A DNA stretch of 63,296 nt, filler included, from Octopus bimaculoides (taxonomy: Eukaryota), in the NCBI RefSeq assembly GCF_001194135.2. It is 5 parts of 4 records of this genome, joined end to end, with 100 filler letters (N's around TTAATTAATTAA, not from the genome) between each part and the next. Parts side by side here need not be neighbours in the genome. Positions count along the whole stretch, not along the records: positions 1 to 21,245 come from NC_069008.1; 4 more parts are not named here. One strand, written 5' to 3'. Positions 1 through 12,758 of the stretch are shown here, in pieces. Below the pieces are notes generated by a model. The model searched no databases and had not been told where the DNA came from. It saw nothing but the letters and a program-made list of their open reading frames with translations. Every line of letters starts with the position of its first letter. Positions within the stretch are counted from its first letter, which is position 1. A program made the position numbers and the translations under genes.

Positions 1-1030
1 GAATGTACACTGGATATTTGTCTCCAAAACCTGGAAGGACAGCAACATGTCTAGCATTGTCAGAAACTGTCAGATCCTGTACATATAACGAAGAAGACAA
101 CATTTCACTGAGAGAAATGTTTCTGGAAAATACATCTACCAGGTCGATATAATAATTAAGTTGATTATTTGTAATGAGATCATTAACCAACAAATTATGA
201 TCATTTATAGCAAACATACGGCTGCTGTCTACAAGATACACAAACATAGAGATTGGGGGGACGTTTCACTTGGGACATTAAAACACTGGGGACCATCTGA
301 CGACTGCCATGACCACCACCACCTATTGTAGTGTTGTACTGAAATGCTTTTCCCTTAGTAACATGAGGTCGGGAAGCAAGCTTATTATCGCACAACAGCA
401 ATTCCTATTAAATATTTATTTGAGGATCGTAAACACACCACAATCGATTGTCAAGCGATGTTGGTGGGGACAAAGACAAACACACAAATATATACACACA
501 CTTCGAAACGCCGGTGTTAGAATGGTGGCAGCTGATGAAGGAAAATGTTCTCTATGTGGCTTGTGTGTTTTCTGTATTCTGGTTATTATTATTTTCTTGT
601 CTACGTTTTGTTTGCAATGTCCTGTACCCAGATATGCACCTATATATACAGGTAGACGTAGGTATGCACACATATATATATGCATCTGCAATTCCAATAA
701 TCAATTATTTGCCATGCGTTAAGATTTACTGATAAGGGCACATCCTTGGATGTCATGTATGAAATCAATTGCCCTGTTAACCTGTTAGCTAGCAGCCACT
801 TTGTTTAACCATTCGACCAACCAACCAACCAGCCAGTCAACCAGCCAGCCAGCAAGACAACAAGCCGGCTAGCTACATCTTTTTATCCTTTTCTTTTCTT
901 TTTCTACTCGTTTCAGTTAATAGACAGTGACCATGCTGGAGCACAACCTTGAAGAAATTTCTGTTTTTGTTGAATGAATCGACTCCAGTACTTTACTTGA
1001 TAGTTTGATACTTATTCTTATTTTTATTTT

Positions 1031-1353
1031 TTTTATTGCCCACAAGGGGCTGAACATAGAGGGGACAAACAAGAACAGACAAAGGGATTAAGTCGATTAC
1101 ATCGATCCCAGTACGTAACTGGTACTTAATTTATCAACCCCGAAAGGATGAAAAGCATAGTCGACCTCGGCGGAATTTGAACTCAGAATGTAACGGCAGA
1201 CGAAATACCTATTTCTTTACTACCCACAAGGGGCTACACACAGAGGGGACAAACAAAGACAAACAAACGGATTAAGTCGATTATATCGACCCCAGTGTGT
1301 AACTGGTACTTATTTAATCGACCCCGAAAGGATGAAAGGCAAAGTCGACCTCG
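1031..1353 (-). mobile_element. Two head-to-tail 5'-truncated copies of a tRNA-derived SINE (family C), ~184-bp period, running into a gap
   Basis: Repeated unit cccacaagggg...gtcgacctcggcggaatttgaactcag...cgaaatacc; same family as 18543-18760. Confidence 0.85.
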
Positions 1354-1545
1354 NNNNNNNNNNNNNNNNNNNNNNNNNNNNNNNNNNNNNNNNNNNNNNN
1401 NNNNNNNNNNNNNNNNNNNNNNNNNNNNNNNNNNNNNNNNNNNNNNNNNNNNNNNNNNNNNNNNNNNNNNNNNNNNNNNNNNNNNNNNNNNNNNNNNNNN
1501 NNNNNNNNNNNNNNNNNNNNNNNNNNNNNNNNNNNNNNNNNNNNA

Positions 1546-1825
1546 CTTGTTCTATCGGACATTTTTTGCCAAAGTAAAATTCCAACAACGGCTGAGAAGC
1601 TCAGTAGAGACTGGAGGATTTTTAATTGCAGCACAAGATCAAAGCCTCTCCACCAAAAAATCTCTAAAAAACACATAATGAAAAGAAATACAAGAAACTT
1701 CAGACTGTGTGGTGATGGAGAAGAAACAATAAATCATATTGTCTCTGGCTGCCCGGTCCTGGTCAAGAAGGAATATATTCACAGACACGACAGAGTTGGA
1801 ATCTATATACACTGGAAGCTAAGCC
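1546..1825 (+). mobile_element. R4/Dong-like (REL-endonuclease) non-LTR retrotransposon fragment, C-terminal Zn-knuckle region
   Basis: Translations GFLIAAQDQSLST and C.DGEETINHIVSGCPVLVKKEYIHRHDRVGIYIHW match the post-RT CCHC region of R4-clade ORFs; disrupted. Confidence 0.75.
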
Positions 1826-2222
1826 ACGAGCAGAAATAGCAGGGGAGCATCATAGCCATGTGTTGGGAGGAATTCTTCGGGGTTTGGATAATTCATCTCT
1901 GGAAACATGGGTGTTTCGTTCAATATCCTTAACCAACCTTTATTCAGGGACCATTTGAGTGGGATGGGCTACTCGACCTGCAGAAAATTCTAACTGGGCC
2001 CCACCTGCGAGGTCATGTTCTGTTTATCGTGATATGAGATCACCATGTCATGCACATATGGTTGTAAAACATGTGCCTTGTGTACCCCTATCAGATGGGT
2101 AGTCATGATGGGTATAATGGGCTTCGTATATTTTACACCAGTGTCACTTTGATGGATGCACTGCTTTCTCATTCAATGATAATGATAATAATAATAATAG
2201 TAATAATAATAATAATAATAAT
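1826..2222 (+). repeat. Dispersed repeat with (AAT)n tail; other copies at ~5870-6140 (-) and ~8112-8640 (-)
   Basis: Clear reverse-complement similarity between the three loci (e.g. ccatgtgttg.gaggaattct..ggggtttggataattca vs tgaattatccaaatcccaaagaattcctctcaacacatgg). Confidence 0.75.
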
Positions 2223-2289
2223 TTTTACAGGAAGATAGGGAAAGTACCAGTTACAGTAAAGTGCAGGAATTTTGAAATAAAATTTGGGC

Positions 2290-3640
2290 AAAAGAAAGAA
2301 AACACAATAAAAAAGGCCCCTTGGATTGATAGAATATGTACTGACTCCTTAGAAGAGCAAAAGTGGGAGGGTATCAAGGAATAGGTTGTAGGATCTGCTC
2401 TCGGGAGGTCAAATAAATGGAAGTCCCTAGGAAAAGGATAAAATTCCTAACTTCTGGTTGAATGCCTTCCCAGAGAGTCATTAACTACTAACAAAACTTT
2501 ACAACAATGTTTTGCAACAACCTAGTACGATTCTTTCTTGGCGAGTTAATGGTGTAACATTTTTACTTGCAAGAAATGAAGAAACAAATGAAGCAAAAAA
2601 AATTATAGACTGCTTAACAACGATGTATAAAATACTAACATCTGTCTTGACTGAGTACACCTATAATTTCTAAACAGAAAGTGGCATCTTCCCTAATGAG
2701 CAAAACGGATGAATACGTGGGTCCTATGGTTGTAAAGATCAGTAACTCATCAATAAGGTGATCTTGGAAGATTGTCACAAACAACACAAGAACTTATCGA
2801 TAGCCTGGATAGACTTTAAAAAAAGCTTTTGATAGTCTACCACATAACTGGATTAAGAAATGTCTGGAAATTTATAAAATAGCACCTACTCTGTGTAAAT
2901 TCCTGTCTGTAAGTATGAGATCATGGAGAACCACTCTGACTTTGAACAGTGACAATGAATCTCTCAATGCTTGAGATGTAAGAATTTCATGTGGCATTTT
3001 CCAGGGTGACTCTCTATCACCACTCCTTTTTTGTCTAGCCTTAATACCTCTCTCGAAATTGCTCGATGTTGTACAATATGGCTATAAAATGTTTGATAAA
3101 AATATAAACCATCTCTTTTACATGGATATAAAGAATGACCAACAACTCAAGGGCTTACTAGCAATTGTTAAACAATTCAGTGATGACATCAGAATGTAAT
3201 TTGGCCTCGATAAATGTGCAAAATCTATTTTTATTAAAAGAAAAATGATAGAAACATCCAAAGTTAATCTTGACCAACAGAATGTTAGAACCAGCGGAGA
3301 GCTACAAATACCTAGGGGTATTTGAAGGGGAAGAAATCAGATATTCATGATGATGGGGAGGATCAGAAAAGAATGTTATAGCAGGGTAATGGCAATAATT
3401 AAGGCAGAGCTGAATGCAAGAAACAGAATCGAAGCGGTCAATACTTTAGCTATATTGGTCGTGACTTACAGTTTCAATATCATTAACTGGTCAATTACTG
3501 AAATATGTAATCTTGACAGAAAAATACGAAAACTGTTGATAATGCATAGAATGCACCACCCCAAGGCAGATATAGAACGACTTTACCTACCAAGAAAAGA
3601 GGGTGGCCGTGGACTTTTACAAGAGATCATGACGTCACAG
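2290..3640 (+). mobile_element. R4/Dong-like LINE reverse-transcriptase remnant
   Basis: RT motifs NLSIAWIDFKKAFDSLPHNWI, GIFQGDSLSPLLFCLAL, NHLFYMD, YKYLGVFEG and LYLPRKEGGRGL, with stops and frameshifts. Confidence 0.9.
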
Positions 3641-3785
3641 AGTAGGGCTTCAAAGGTATTTTTGAATATTTGAAAAGCACTAATCCTAAACGCGCCTGCC
3701 TTTCTTAGGTACAAGGCTTCAGCCACATACCCACGCATGCAGATGCGCATACGCATACTCACAGACCCATAGAGCATCTGTGCGT

Positions 3786-3824
<39 letters not shown>

Positions 3825-3853
3825 TGTGTGTGTGCGTGCGAAACCATTTTTCA

Positions 3854-3886
<33 letters not shown>

Positions 3887-4331
3887 AAATCTATATCATT
3901 CTACTTACGAACAGAAAATTGAAAGGTGGTCTGANNNNNNNNNNNNNNNNNNNNNNNNNNNNNNNNNNNNNNNNNNNNNNNNNNNNNNNNNNNNNNNNNN
4001 NNNNNNNNNNNNNNNNNNNNNNNNNNNNNNNNNNNNNNNNNNNNNNNNNNNNNNNNNNNNNNNNNNNNNNNNNNNNNNNNNNNNNNNNNNNNNNNNNNNN
4101 NNNNNNNNNNNNNNNNNNNNNNNNNNNNNNNNNNNNNNNNNNNNNNNNNNNNNNNNNNNNNNNNNNNNNNNNNNNNNNNNNNNNNNNNNNNNNNNNNNNN
4201 NNNNNNNNNNNNNNNNNNNNNNNNNNNNNNNNNNNNNNNNNNNNNNNNNNNNNNNNNNNNNNNNNNNNNNNNNNNNNNNNNNNNNNNNNNNNNNNNNNNN
4301 NNNNNNNNNNNNNNNNNNNNNNNNNNNNNNN

Positions 4332-4680
4332 CGACGACGACGACGACGACGACGACGACCACCACCACCACCACCACCACTACCACGACCACCACTATCA
4401 CCACCAAAGCAATATTAACATCATCCACCGACCACCATCGCTCAGTCCAACAAACATGTCGCCCAACCATAACCACAGCAACAAAATCATTCACCAATAT
4501 CTCTCCACACCGCAACAACAACAACAACTACAACCAAAACAATCACCATCATAACCAGTACCGATTTTACCTCCCTACAACATCACCATCACTTGCAGTA
4601 CGCAGCCACCATAATATAACCACCACCACCACCACCACCACCACCACCACCACCACCACCACCACCACCACCACTTCTAA
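4332..4680. repeat. Compound (GAC)/(CAC)/(CAA) trinucleotide low-complexity tract
   Basis: Directly visible. Confidence 0.9.
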
Positions 4681-5248
4681 TATCATTATTACCGTAACCA
4701 TAACACCCTTTAATTCAACCGAACTACAAACAAAACTATCATTAAGTCTATCAATAACAATAACGAAAACACGTGCAATATGTAAAAAAAACAACCCGAT
4801 AATTAAAAGAAGATATATTTATTGTTTGTTCAGTGAAGCGTGACTGTAGATAATAATAGCTTGCTATGCATCAAATGTAATTCAAACTTTAGGTGAGAAT
4901 CGTTTTTGCACTTGCTTAGAGTGGACGAAGACGACAATTCTGACAGCGGCAGAAATTAGCGATGTCATTGGACACTGTCGGCTGCTGTGAATAGTTCAGA
5001 CATTTTTGGACATTCAGTGATAATTCTGAAAGTAGGTGATATTGTTGAGAACAGTGGAAAGCCCTTAACTTCCTCAAATACAGTTGTTACCCTCATCTCT
5101 ACCAAACGTAAGTTGTGTTTCCTTGTATTCTACTATGTGTTTGGAACGTCGTCTCTGTTGCTGTTCCACTCTTAACTATGATGGTGTACACGCCAGCACT
5201 GTGATTGTGGCAGGTTTGATATAGCTTTTGTATATATGTGTATATTGT

Positions 5249-5613
5249 GGAGGCGCAATGACCCAGTGGTTAGGGCAGCGGACTCGCGGTCATAGGATCG
5301 CGGTTTCGATTCCCAGACCGGGCGTTGTGAGTGTTTATTGAGCGAAAACACCTAATGCTGCACGAGGCTCCAGCAGGGGATGGTGGCGAACCCTGCTGTA
5401 CTCTTTCACCACAACTTTTTCTTCTTGTTTCTGTTGTACCTGTATTTCAAAAGGGCCAGCCTTGTCACACTGTGTCACGCTGAATATCCCCGAGAACTAC
5501 GTTAAGGGCACACGTGTCTGTGGAGTGCTCAGCCACTTGCACGTTAATTTCACGAGCAGGCTGTTCCGTTGATCGGATCAACTGGAACCCCACTCGACGT
5601 CGTAAGTGCAGTT
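5249..5613 (+). mobile_element. tRNA-derived SINE (family B)
   Basis: Pol III A-box (tgacccagtgg) and B-box (gtttcgattcc) head followed by a non-tRNA body; reverse-complement copy at 14562-14930. Confidence 0.85.
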
Positions 5614-6752
5614 GCAGGTTGGAGTCTTCCTACGGCCTTCATACTGCGGCGTCCCGATTTGTGGTAGAGTCTGTCCAGTCATCTGTGTGTATAACTCACA
5701 AAGCACATATCCAATAAAATCAACAAGTGATATTACATAACAACCCACTAACCACGTACTCAACCACCGATCAATATAATAGAAGAGATAATCTTAGATA
5801 ATCAACAATCGATCTTGTGGTACTTCGTGTCTTTTATATATTCAACATATGCTACAAAATAACACTGGGTAACACGATTTTTGTCTTTGAAGAGCAACTG
5901 TTATTTCCTATTTGCTTTTCCCTAGAAACCATAAAAAATGGCTAATATTTCCTTCAAACTTTGCTTTTGTTACATTTCTTCAAACCCCAAAGAATCCTTC
6001 TCAACACATGGCTATGATGCTTCCCCACGATTCCTGATCATCATCAGAGATGCACATATTGTCAGCGACTAAGGGGCATGCTCAAGTGGTTAAGGTCAAA
6101 CAACTGACAAGCAAACCGATGGTATTGAGCAGAATATTTGCTATAACGATATTTCTGCTTCAGCAATTCAGCACTGAATCTGTCTGAAATGTAATGTAAA
6201 ATAGGTCAGTTTCAAAACATTGATGTCCAAGTGACAAAAGGAAAGTTTGAAGGGAATAGTAGTCATTACCTTTGATTTCTAGGCAGAAGCAAATAGGAAA
6301 TAGCCCTTACTGACCAAAGACAAAAATAAATGAAGAAAAATAAATATTTTGTTACGTTACCAATGTTACTCAGACTCTACATAATCGCCATGGGAGGAAA
6401 TAACAAAATGCACACAACACAGCAGTTTGTATCTTATAGTCAAGAGAAAAAGCAAAGCCTATGACCATTTACATGGCATCAAAGACTTGTAGAAGGGGGA
6501 AAAAATGGTGTCTTCAAACTGGAAAGCTGTTCTGAGTATTTGTAATAGAGAAGTTGTTTCCAACCGATTTTTGGTCAATATTCCGTGGATCTTCTCAGCT
6601 GCCAAAAGCCTTTCTATCAATGATGGAAGTTTTTTCTTACCTTTTTGCTGAATTCATAAACTGACTGGTGGGAATAAAATGACCTGTTAATTTTCATCTC
6701 TGTTCATATATATACACATGTGTGTATGTGTGCGTTACCAGTACCATAAATA

Positions 6753-6783
<31 letters not shown>

Positions 6784-7775
6784 TTCTCTCTCTCTCTCTC
6801 TCCCTATCTATCTATCTATCTATCTATCTACCTATCTATCTATCTATCTGTCTGTCTATCTATCTATCTATCTTTCTATCTGTCTCCCTCTCTCTCTCCT
6901 CTCCCTTTCTTCTCTCTCTCTCTTTCTGCCACTTTCTCTTCCTTCACTGACGCTACCCCTTACTTCCTCTCCATTTCAACCCATTTCACACCATTCCATT
7001 CTTTCATCCCCTTACAGAGATAAAAAAAGTGTCAAATACTCTTAGACACACCCGCACACATAAGTCTCTTTCCAGTTTATTTCTCCATAAGGAATTAAGA
7101 TGGCATTGCTTACAGTACTGACCAGTTCTATACTACATACACGCACGCACGCACACACACAAAAACCACACACATACACACATAAACCACACACACACAA
7201 AAACCACACACACACACATATGCGTTTGTAATTGCCTACATGTTTTCATACCACTAAATCTAAGGAAATACTCTATTATTTCCTCTTTAGTGACATCAGA
7301 TCTTATAAGATGAAAACGACCTGTTGTCTCTAAAGTGTCAAAAATTTTTTGACATTGTCTGTCCATAAAGAATCTTATTTTAATAATTCATTCTCGAATT
7401 GGCCCTTTTCTCTTATTGGTATATTAAAACATCGTGTACAAAAGGTATAAAAATTCAGTATAACCCTACGCATGCCTCACCAAAATATCCCCATGCCCCA
7501 CCGGTGGGGCATGCACCCCTCGCTAAAGATACCCAAAATGCCAAGTGGTGGTGTGTAAAACTGGACAACGGAGACCCGTCTAACACTACTTGTTTGCTGA
7601 CCCTCATTTCCTCTCAACCTTCTCATTTCTCTCTGTCTGTCTCTCTCTTCTTTCTCATTACATCTCCCTATATACATATCTGCTCCACCCTCTCTACTAC
7701 CAGCTATTGCTATCTTCCCTTATTGCTCTCCCAGTATCTCTTCCTTTCTCTATTTCAGTAGATCTAAGGACAAGA

Positions 7776-8100
7776 ATGTTCCAGTTTACTCTTACCGGCC
7801 CAGCTGTGACTACGGCGTTGCTTTTAACCCTTGTAAATATCGCGATCGTTACCCCTGAAGAGAGGGAAGCCGCCTTCAAAAACTTTGGACCTGATTATTC
7901 CTATAGCTATATTCGCTCATCTTCAGTAAAAAAATCTTACACGATTCGAAGTGTAACAGAATGTGCTTTCGTCGCTTTAGACAATGATTCAGAATTTTTC
8001 AGTTATAACAAAATCAGCCATATTTGTACGATTTACACACCGAATGATACGCTGACAGTGATTAGTAAGCAGGAGAACAACGAAATGGCCTTCTACAAAC
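7776..8100 (+). CDS. Coding exon 1 of a 5-exon, 295-aa putative secreted protein (hydrophobic leader + degenerate PAN/apple-like module)
   Basis: Pyrimidine tract + CAG acceptor at 7756-7758, ATG at 7776, consensus donor C|GTAAGT at 8101 (phase 1). Translation MFQFTLTGPAVTTALLLTLVNIAIVTP...RSVTECAFVALDNDSEFFSYNKISHICTIYTP...MAFYK resembles the PAN pattern S..EC.....F.Y......C.L, with one canonical Cys missing. Confidence 0.85.
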
Positions 8101-8110
8101 GTAAGTAAAC

Positions 8111-8173
<63 letters not shown>

Positions 8174-8712
8174 CATCATTGAGTGAGAGAGCCGTGCATG
8201 CCGTCAAAGTGACACTGGGGTACAATTATACGAAACCCAGTATACTCATCAGGACTACCCGTCGGATAAGGACACACCAAGCACGTGCATCTCAACCATG
8301 TGTGCGCCATATCACAACCGTATGTTCGCGATCTCATATCAAGATAAACAGCGCATGACCTTGCAGGTGGGGCCCAGTTGGAATTTTCTTCAGGTCGAGT
8401 AGCTCATAGCGTTCAAATAGTACTTGAATAAGGGTTGTTTAAGGATGCTGAACGAAATACCCATGTTTCCAGAAGTGAATTATCCAAATCCCAAAGAATT
8501 CCTCTCAACACATGGCTATGATGCTCCCCAACTACTTCTGCTCATGATCAGCGATGCACATATCGTCAGCCACCAAAAGACATGCTCAACTGGTTAGGAT
8601 CAAACAACTGACAAGCAAATCTGTGGTATTTGCTGTATCCCATCCTTTATACCAAGACAAAACAATGTATATGATAACACTTCCAATTTATTATTATTAT
8701 TATTATTATTAC

Positions 8713-8745
<33 letters not shown>

Positions 8746-8915
8746 GTTGTTGTTGTTGTTTTTTTCTTCTTTCTTCAAATTTTCTCCCATTTCTCGCCAA
8801 GTGTTTTCCGTACACCTAGGGCAGAGAAACTCATTGTAGGCATTCCCAGTTTACACACGCAAATTCACAGGCAAAATATGTATTAAAAAAAAAATCAATA
8901 AAAAAATCCTATAAA

Positions 8916-8967
<52 letters not shown>

Positions 8968-8971
8968 TTAG

Positions 8972-9159
8972 GAAACCCCAACAGTCCATGGCTTAAAGTA
9001 TATGCCTTATCGCACAAAGCTGGTTCGAAGGTGTATGATTCCTTTATGAATGTCGGAAACCCTTCAACATGGAATGTGGACAAATGCAATGGTACTTTTT
9101 GTCCTAACTTCTTCCGCCATCCCATCCTTGATATCTGGAATCATCTTTCAATTGACGAG
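8972..9159 (+). CDS. Coding exon 2 of the same gene
   Basis: TTTTAG acceptor (8970-8971), phase 1 completes Arg codon C|GA; reads NPNSPWLKVYALSHKAGSKVYDSFMNVGNPSTWNVDKCNGTFCPNFFRHPILDIWNHLSIDE; donor GAG|GTACGT at 9160, phase 0. Confidence 0.85.
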
Positions 9160-9252
9160 GTACGTATACATACATATCCACATATGTTGCACGTGTGCAT
9201 ATACACACACGCGCACACAAATCACTGTTTTGACAATGCTATTCATCATATT

Positions 9253-9254
<2 letters not shown>

Positions 9255-9283
<29 letters not shown>

Positions 9284-9560
9284 TTCACGTCAGTTTTCCA
9301 TGCTGGCATGGGTTGGATGGTTTAACCAGGGTCGGAAAGCCGGCGAGCTGCACCAGTGTCCAGTCTGATTTGGCATGGCTTCTACAGCCGGATGCCCTTT
9401 CTAACACCAACCACTTTACCGTATGTTGGATGCTTTTAACGTGCCACCGGCACGAACACTCGTATGTGACACCGGTACGAACACTCGTATGTGACACCGG
9501 CACGAACACTCGTATGTGACACATGGCTCCGACACAGGATTCTTGCAGGTCAATCCTCGC
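9255..9560 (-). repeat. Short interspersed repeat with (CAT)n run and an internal 3x25-bp tandem (9445-9519)
   Basis: ggatgccctttctaacaccaaccac motif resembling RTE-type 3' tails; unit caccggcacgaacactcgtatgtga starts at 9445, 9470 and 9495. Confidence 0.6.
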
Positions 9561-9954
9561 CCCCAAGGGGTGCGGCCTTAACATTTAATACTCAAGAAAG
9601 ATGACGGACCTTCTTCAGTATTAATAAACATTTGTGGCACAACAGTCTGACTCCACAATATCAGATAAACCTAAATTAAAAATCTAAAATTAAAAATTTG
9701 TATTTTAAAACAAATTAAAAACTTATTTCTAAAATAATAACAATATAAATTAAAATAAAAACTCCTTATATTACATTACATTGTAAATTAAACCAATCTA
9801 AGAAAATATATATGTATATAAGACGTTAAGAAAATTAATAAAAGAATTTAAGCTATAAATTATCCAAATCATAGGATTAGGAACTAAATTTAAAGCAGAT
9901 TATCAAATGAATACTTATATTAATTTATTAAACTAGAATAAACATATCTAAATC

Positions 9955-9986
<32 letters not shown>

Positions 9987-10149
9987 CCGGAAAGAATTTA
10001 TCTAAAATACCTAACATAGCATAATGCCAACGTAGAAATCAAAAGACAAATGAGGGAAGAACCTACTTGAATAGTAAATACAACAGGCGAAAGTGTAAAT
10101 ATCAAAATCTCAATAACTGGTTAATCAAATTAAATGAAATAAATCATCC

Positions 10150-11830
10150 TCAAAAGACCTATTTATTTAAAAGTTTTAAACACACATTTATTCCTATGAA
10201 CACTAAAAATCCTCTTTCCGATTTTGAATTTAGCAGCTTTCTTCTAGAAAATAAAATCAAAAATAATTCTTCAGAACAATGAGGACAGAACTTATTACCA
10301 ATCTTATAGGCTGGAGCTGTCCCTAAAATAAAGAACGTTCTTCAATGAAGAACGTTTCATTATGATCTTTAAGGTTCCAGATGAAACTACTAAGACTAGT
10401 AGAAGAAACCCTATTTCTGTTCCTAAAGGAATGGTAATGATTCGAAACCCTTTTCTTAATATAATTAGAAGAAGAACCAATATAAAATTAATCATTACCC
10501 TCAGAAATGATTTTCGTTTGATAAACTACTTCTTTACATTTACAAACATTTTTAAATAAACAATTTTCTTTGTTTCTACAATCACAAAGAGAATGTTCAC
10601 CCCTGCTCAAGCCTTCAACAACTGAATTGTTATTACGTAAATAGCTACCTCCTCACTATTACTAAATCGTAGATTTTAATCCAAATCATCACTACCACTC
10701 TGGCTAGTGGAAAAAATCAATAACATTAACATCCACGGAATCGATCTCGCTAATATTAACCGAGCTAACACGATGATAAGAAACGGATAATTTTTTTCTC
10801 ATTAACAGAAGAAATAATCTGAGATAAATTCCGAGAAACCGGAAAAAGTAACCTTAAGAGATTTCGGATTTAAAATCTTATAGTATCTACTTTTTTATAA
10901 TTAAAATGTTTTAAAAACAGTTTATAAACAGCCCCAACTAAATTACTTTTTAATTGTCTAGAAAAGAGAATAATATACCATATAACGTTATTCTTGCCCA
11001 AAACTAAATTAGAAGGACCTGAATTATTAACCTTATGGGACCAACTTTTTACCCTTTAGCACGTAATTACATTTATGTTTATGAACATTAGCAACTGAGG
11101 TTAAAGGATTATTCACTTTGTTCTTTGCGCATTTTCAGATCCAAATTTACTTTTTTGTTTAGATTTTGAATATTTAAAATCAAATCCATATCTTTTATTA
11201 GTAAGGTCCTATTGATCAATATATCAGGGCTAGAAATATCAAGGTATTCAATTTTTCTATTGTAACCAGCCATATTAAGGGCCATATTATAGTAATCAGC
11301 ATTCTTATTAATAACTTTTTCATATGAAGATAAGGCAGAAATTCTTCTAGAAATACTGTAAATTATAAATTTCTTAACACAGCCTGGATTCGTAAATACC
11401 TGTAATCAAATTAAAGTTAACGTCGAGAAAGTTAACAGATTCCTGTTCATTTACTATGGTGATAGATAAACTGAAATAGCTTTAAAAAAACAGAGAAACT
11501 TCTTTCAATATAGATCTAATTTCCTATTAGAAACATTCCTTATGGTGAGCGTATCATCTTGGTATAAACCCTCAGTGAGTTCCGGAAAATCACTCCCTAA
11601 CTTAAGCAGAATGTAAATACCTACTATATCCGTAACTTGAGCGGAATCTGCCGCTCCCGTAGGAATATCAAAACCGTCGTAACTAACCTTTCTAACCCAA
11701 AATTTATTCTCAAATTCAATGACAGATCTACCCGCTAAAATAATTTTGATTCCATCTTCAACTTAGCTGTAAGTTGATTGTCTATTTTGTTTTGTATAGA
11801 CGGTAATTGCAAATGTCGTTAACAAGTATT
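10150..11830 (-). mobile_element. Penelope-like element (RT + GIY-YIG endonuclease), decayed, antisense in intron 2
   Basis: Minus-strand translation: FDIPTGAADSAQVTDIVGIYILLKL, GLYQDD, VNFLDVNFNL, CDCRNKENC, VVYQTKI..FYIGSSSNYIKKRVSNHYHSF, FCPHCSEE, LLNSKSE, i.e. the canonical Penelope RT and GIY-YIG motif order. Confidence 0.85.
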
Positions 11831-12758
11831 TCTAAATTGTGAATTGTCATTTGATTTAACGCTGAAGTGTATATATATNNNNNNNNNNNNNNNNNNNNNN
11901 NNNNNNNNNNNNNNNNNNNNNNNNNNNNNNNNNNNNNNNNNNNNNNNNNNNNNNNNNNNNNNNNNNNNNNNNNNNNNNNNNNNNNNNNNNNNNNNNNNNN
12001 NNNNNNNNNNNNNNNNNNNNNNNNNNNNNNNNNNNNNNNNNNNNNNNNNNNNNNNNNNNNNNNNNNNNNNNNNNNNNNNNNNNNNNNNNNNNNNNNNNNN
12101 NNNNNNNNNNNNNNNNNNNNNNNNNNNNNNNNNNNNNNNNNNNNNNNNNNNNNNNNNNNNNNNNNNNNNNNNNNNNNNNNNNNNNNNNNNNNNNNNNNNN
12201 NNNNATATATATATATATTTCTGTGTTTGATATATATATTTCTGTGTTAATTTCTTTCTATCATAATTTAAGTGTTTGCTTGTTTCTGGACTATTGTAAA
12301 GGCCTTTATATTTAGTGGTGGAACTCATTCACTCCAATAATGAATTTTTGAGGAAAAGCCAACTTTGTGATTTCAAAAGGATTATATTTCGTTTTGTTCT
12401 GAATTAATTAGGCTTGGAAACAACTTGTAGAGTTTTTAATGGATATATGTAACAACTTGGAATAAAATAACGTCTACACTTCTATTTTTCCTTTCCTTTT
12501 TATACTTTATTCTTTGTACCAATATTGAATATATAGATTTATATATGCTTTGCTTTGGATTGAACCGACGGACTTGGATGTTTGATATCCCTTTGAAGGA
12601 TTTACATCCTTAGTTGTACTATATATATAAGATGTATATCTATGTACATATGTGTGTCTATATATATCTATGTATCTATGTATGTATGTATGTGTATGCG
12701 TGTGTGTGTATGTATGTATGTATGTATGTATATGAATATTAATTTCTAATATTGTCAG

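Noticed and set aside
5249-5325. tRNA-like sequences here and at 15991, 21065, 46574 and 52933
   Set aside because: These are SINE heads: they have A and B boxes but continue into multi-copy non-tRNA bodies and lack a convincing cloverleaf.
9445-9519. Three 25-bp direct repeats that could suggest a CRISPR array
   Set aside because: The units are contiguous with no spacers, lie inside a eukaryotic interspersed repeat, and there are no cas genes.
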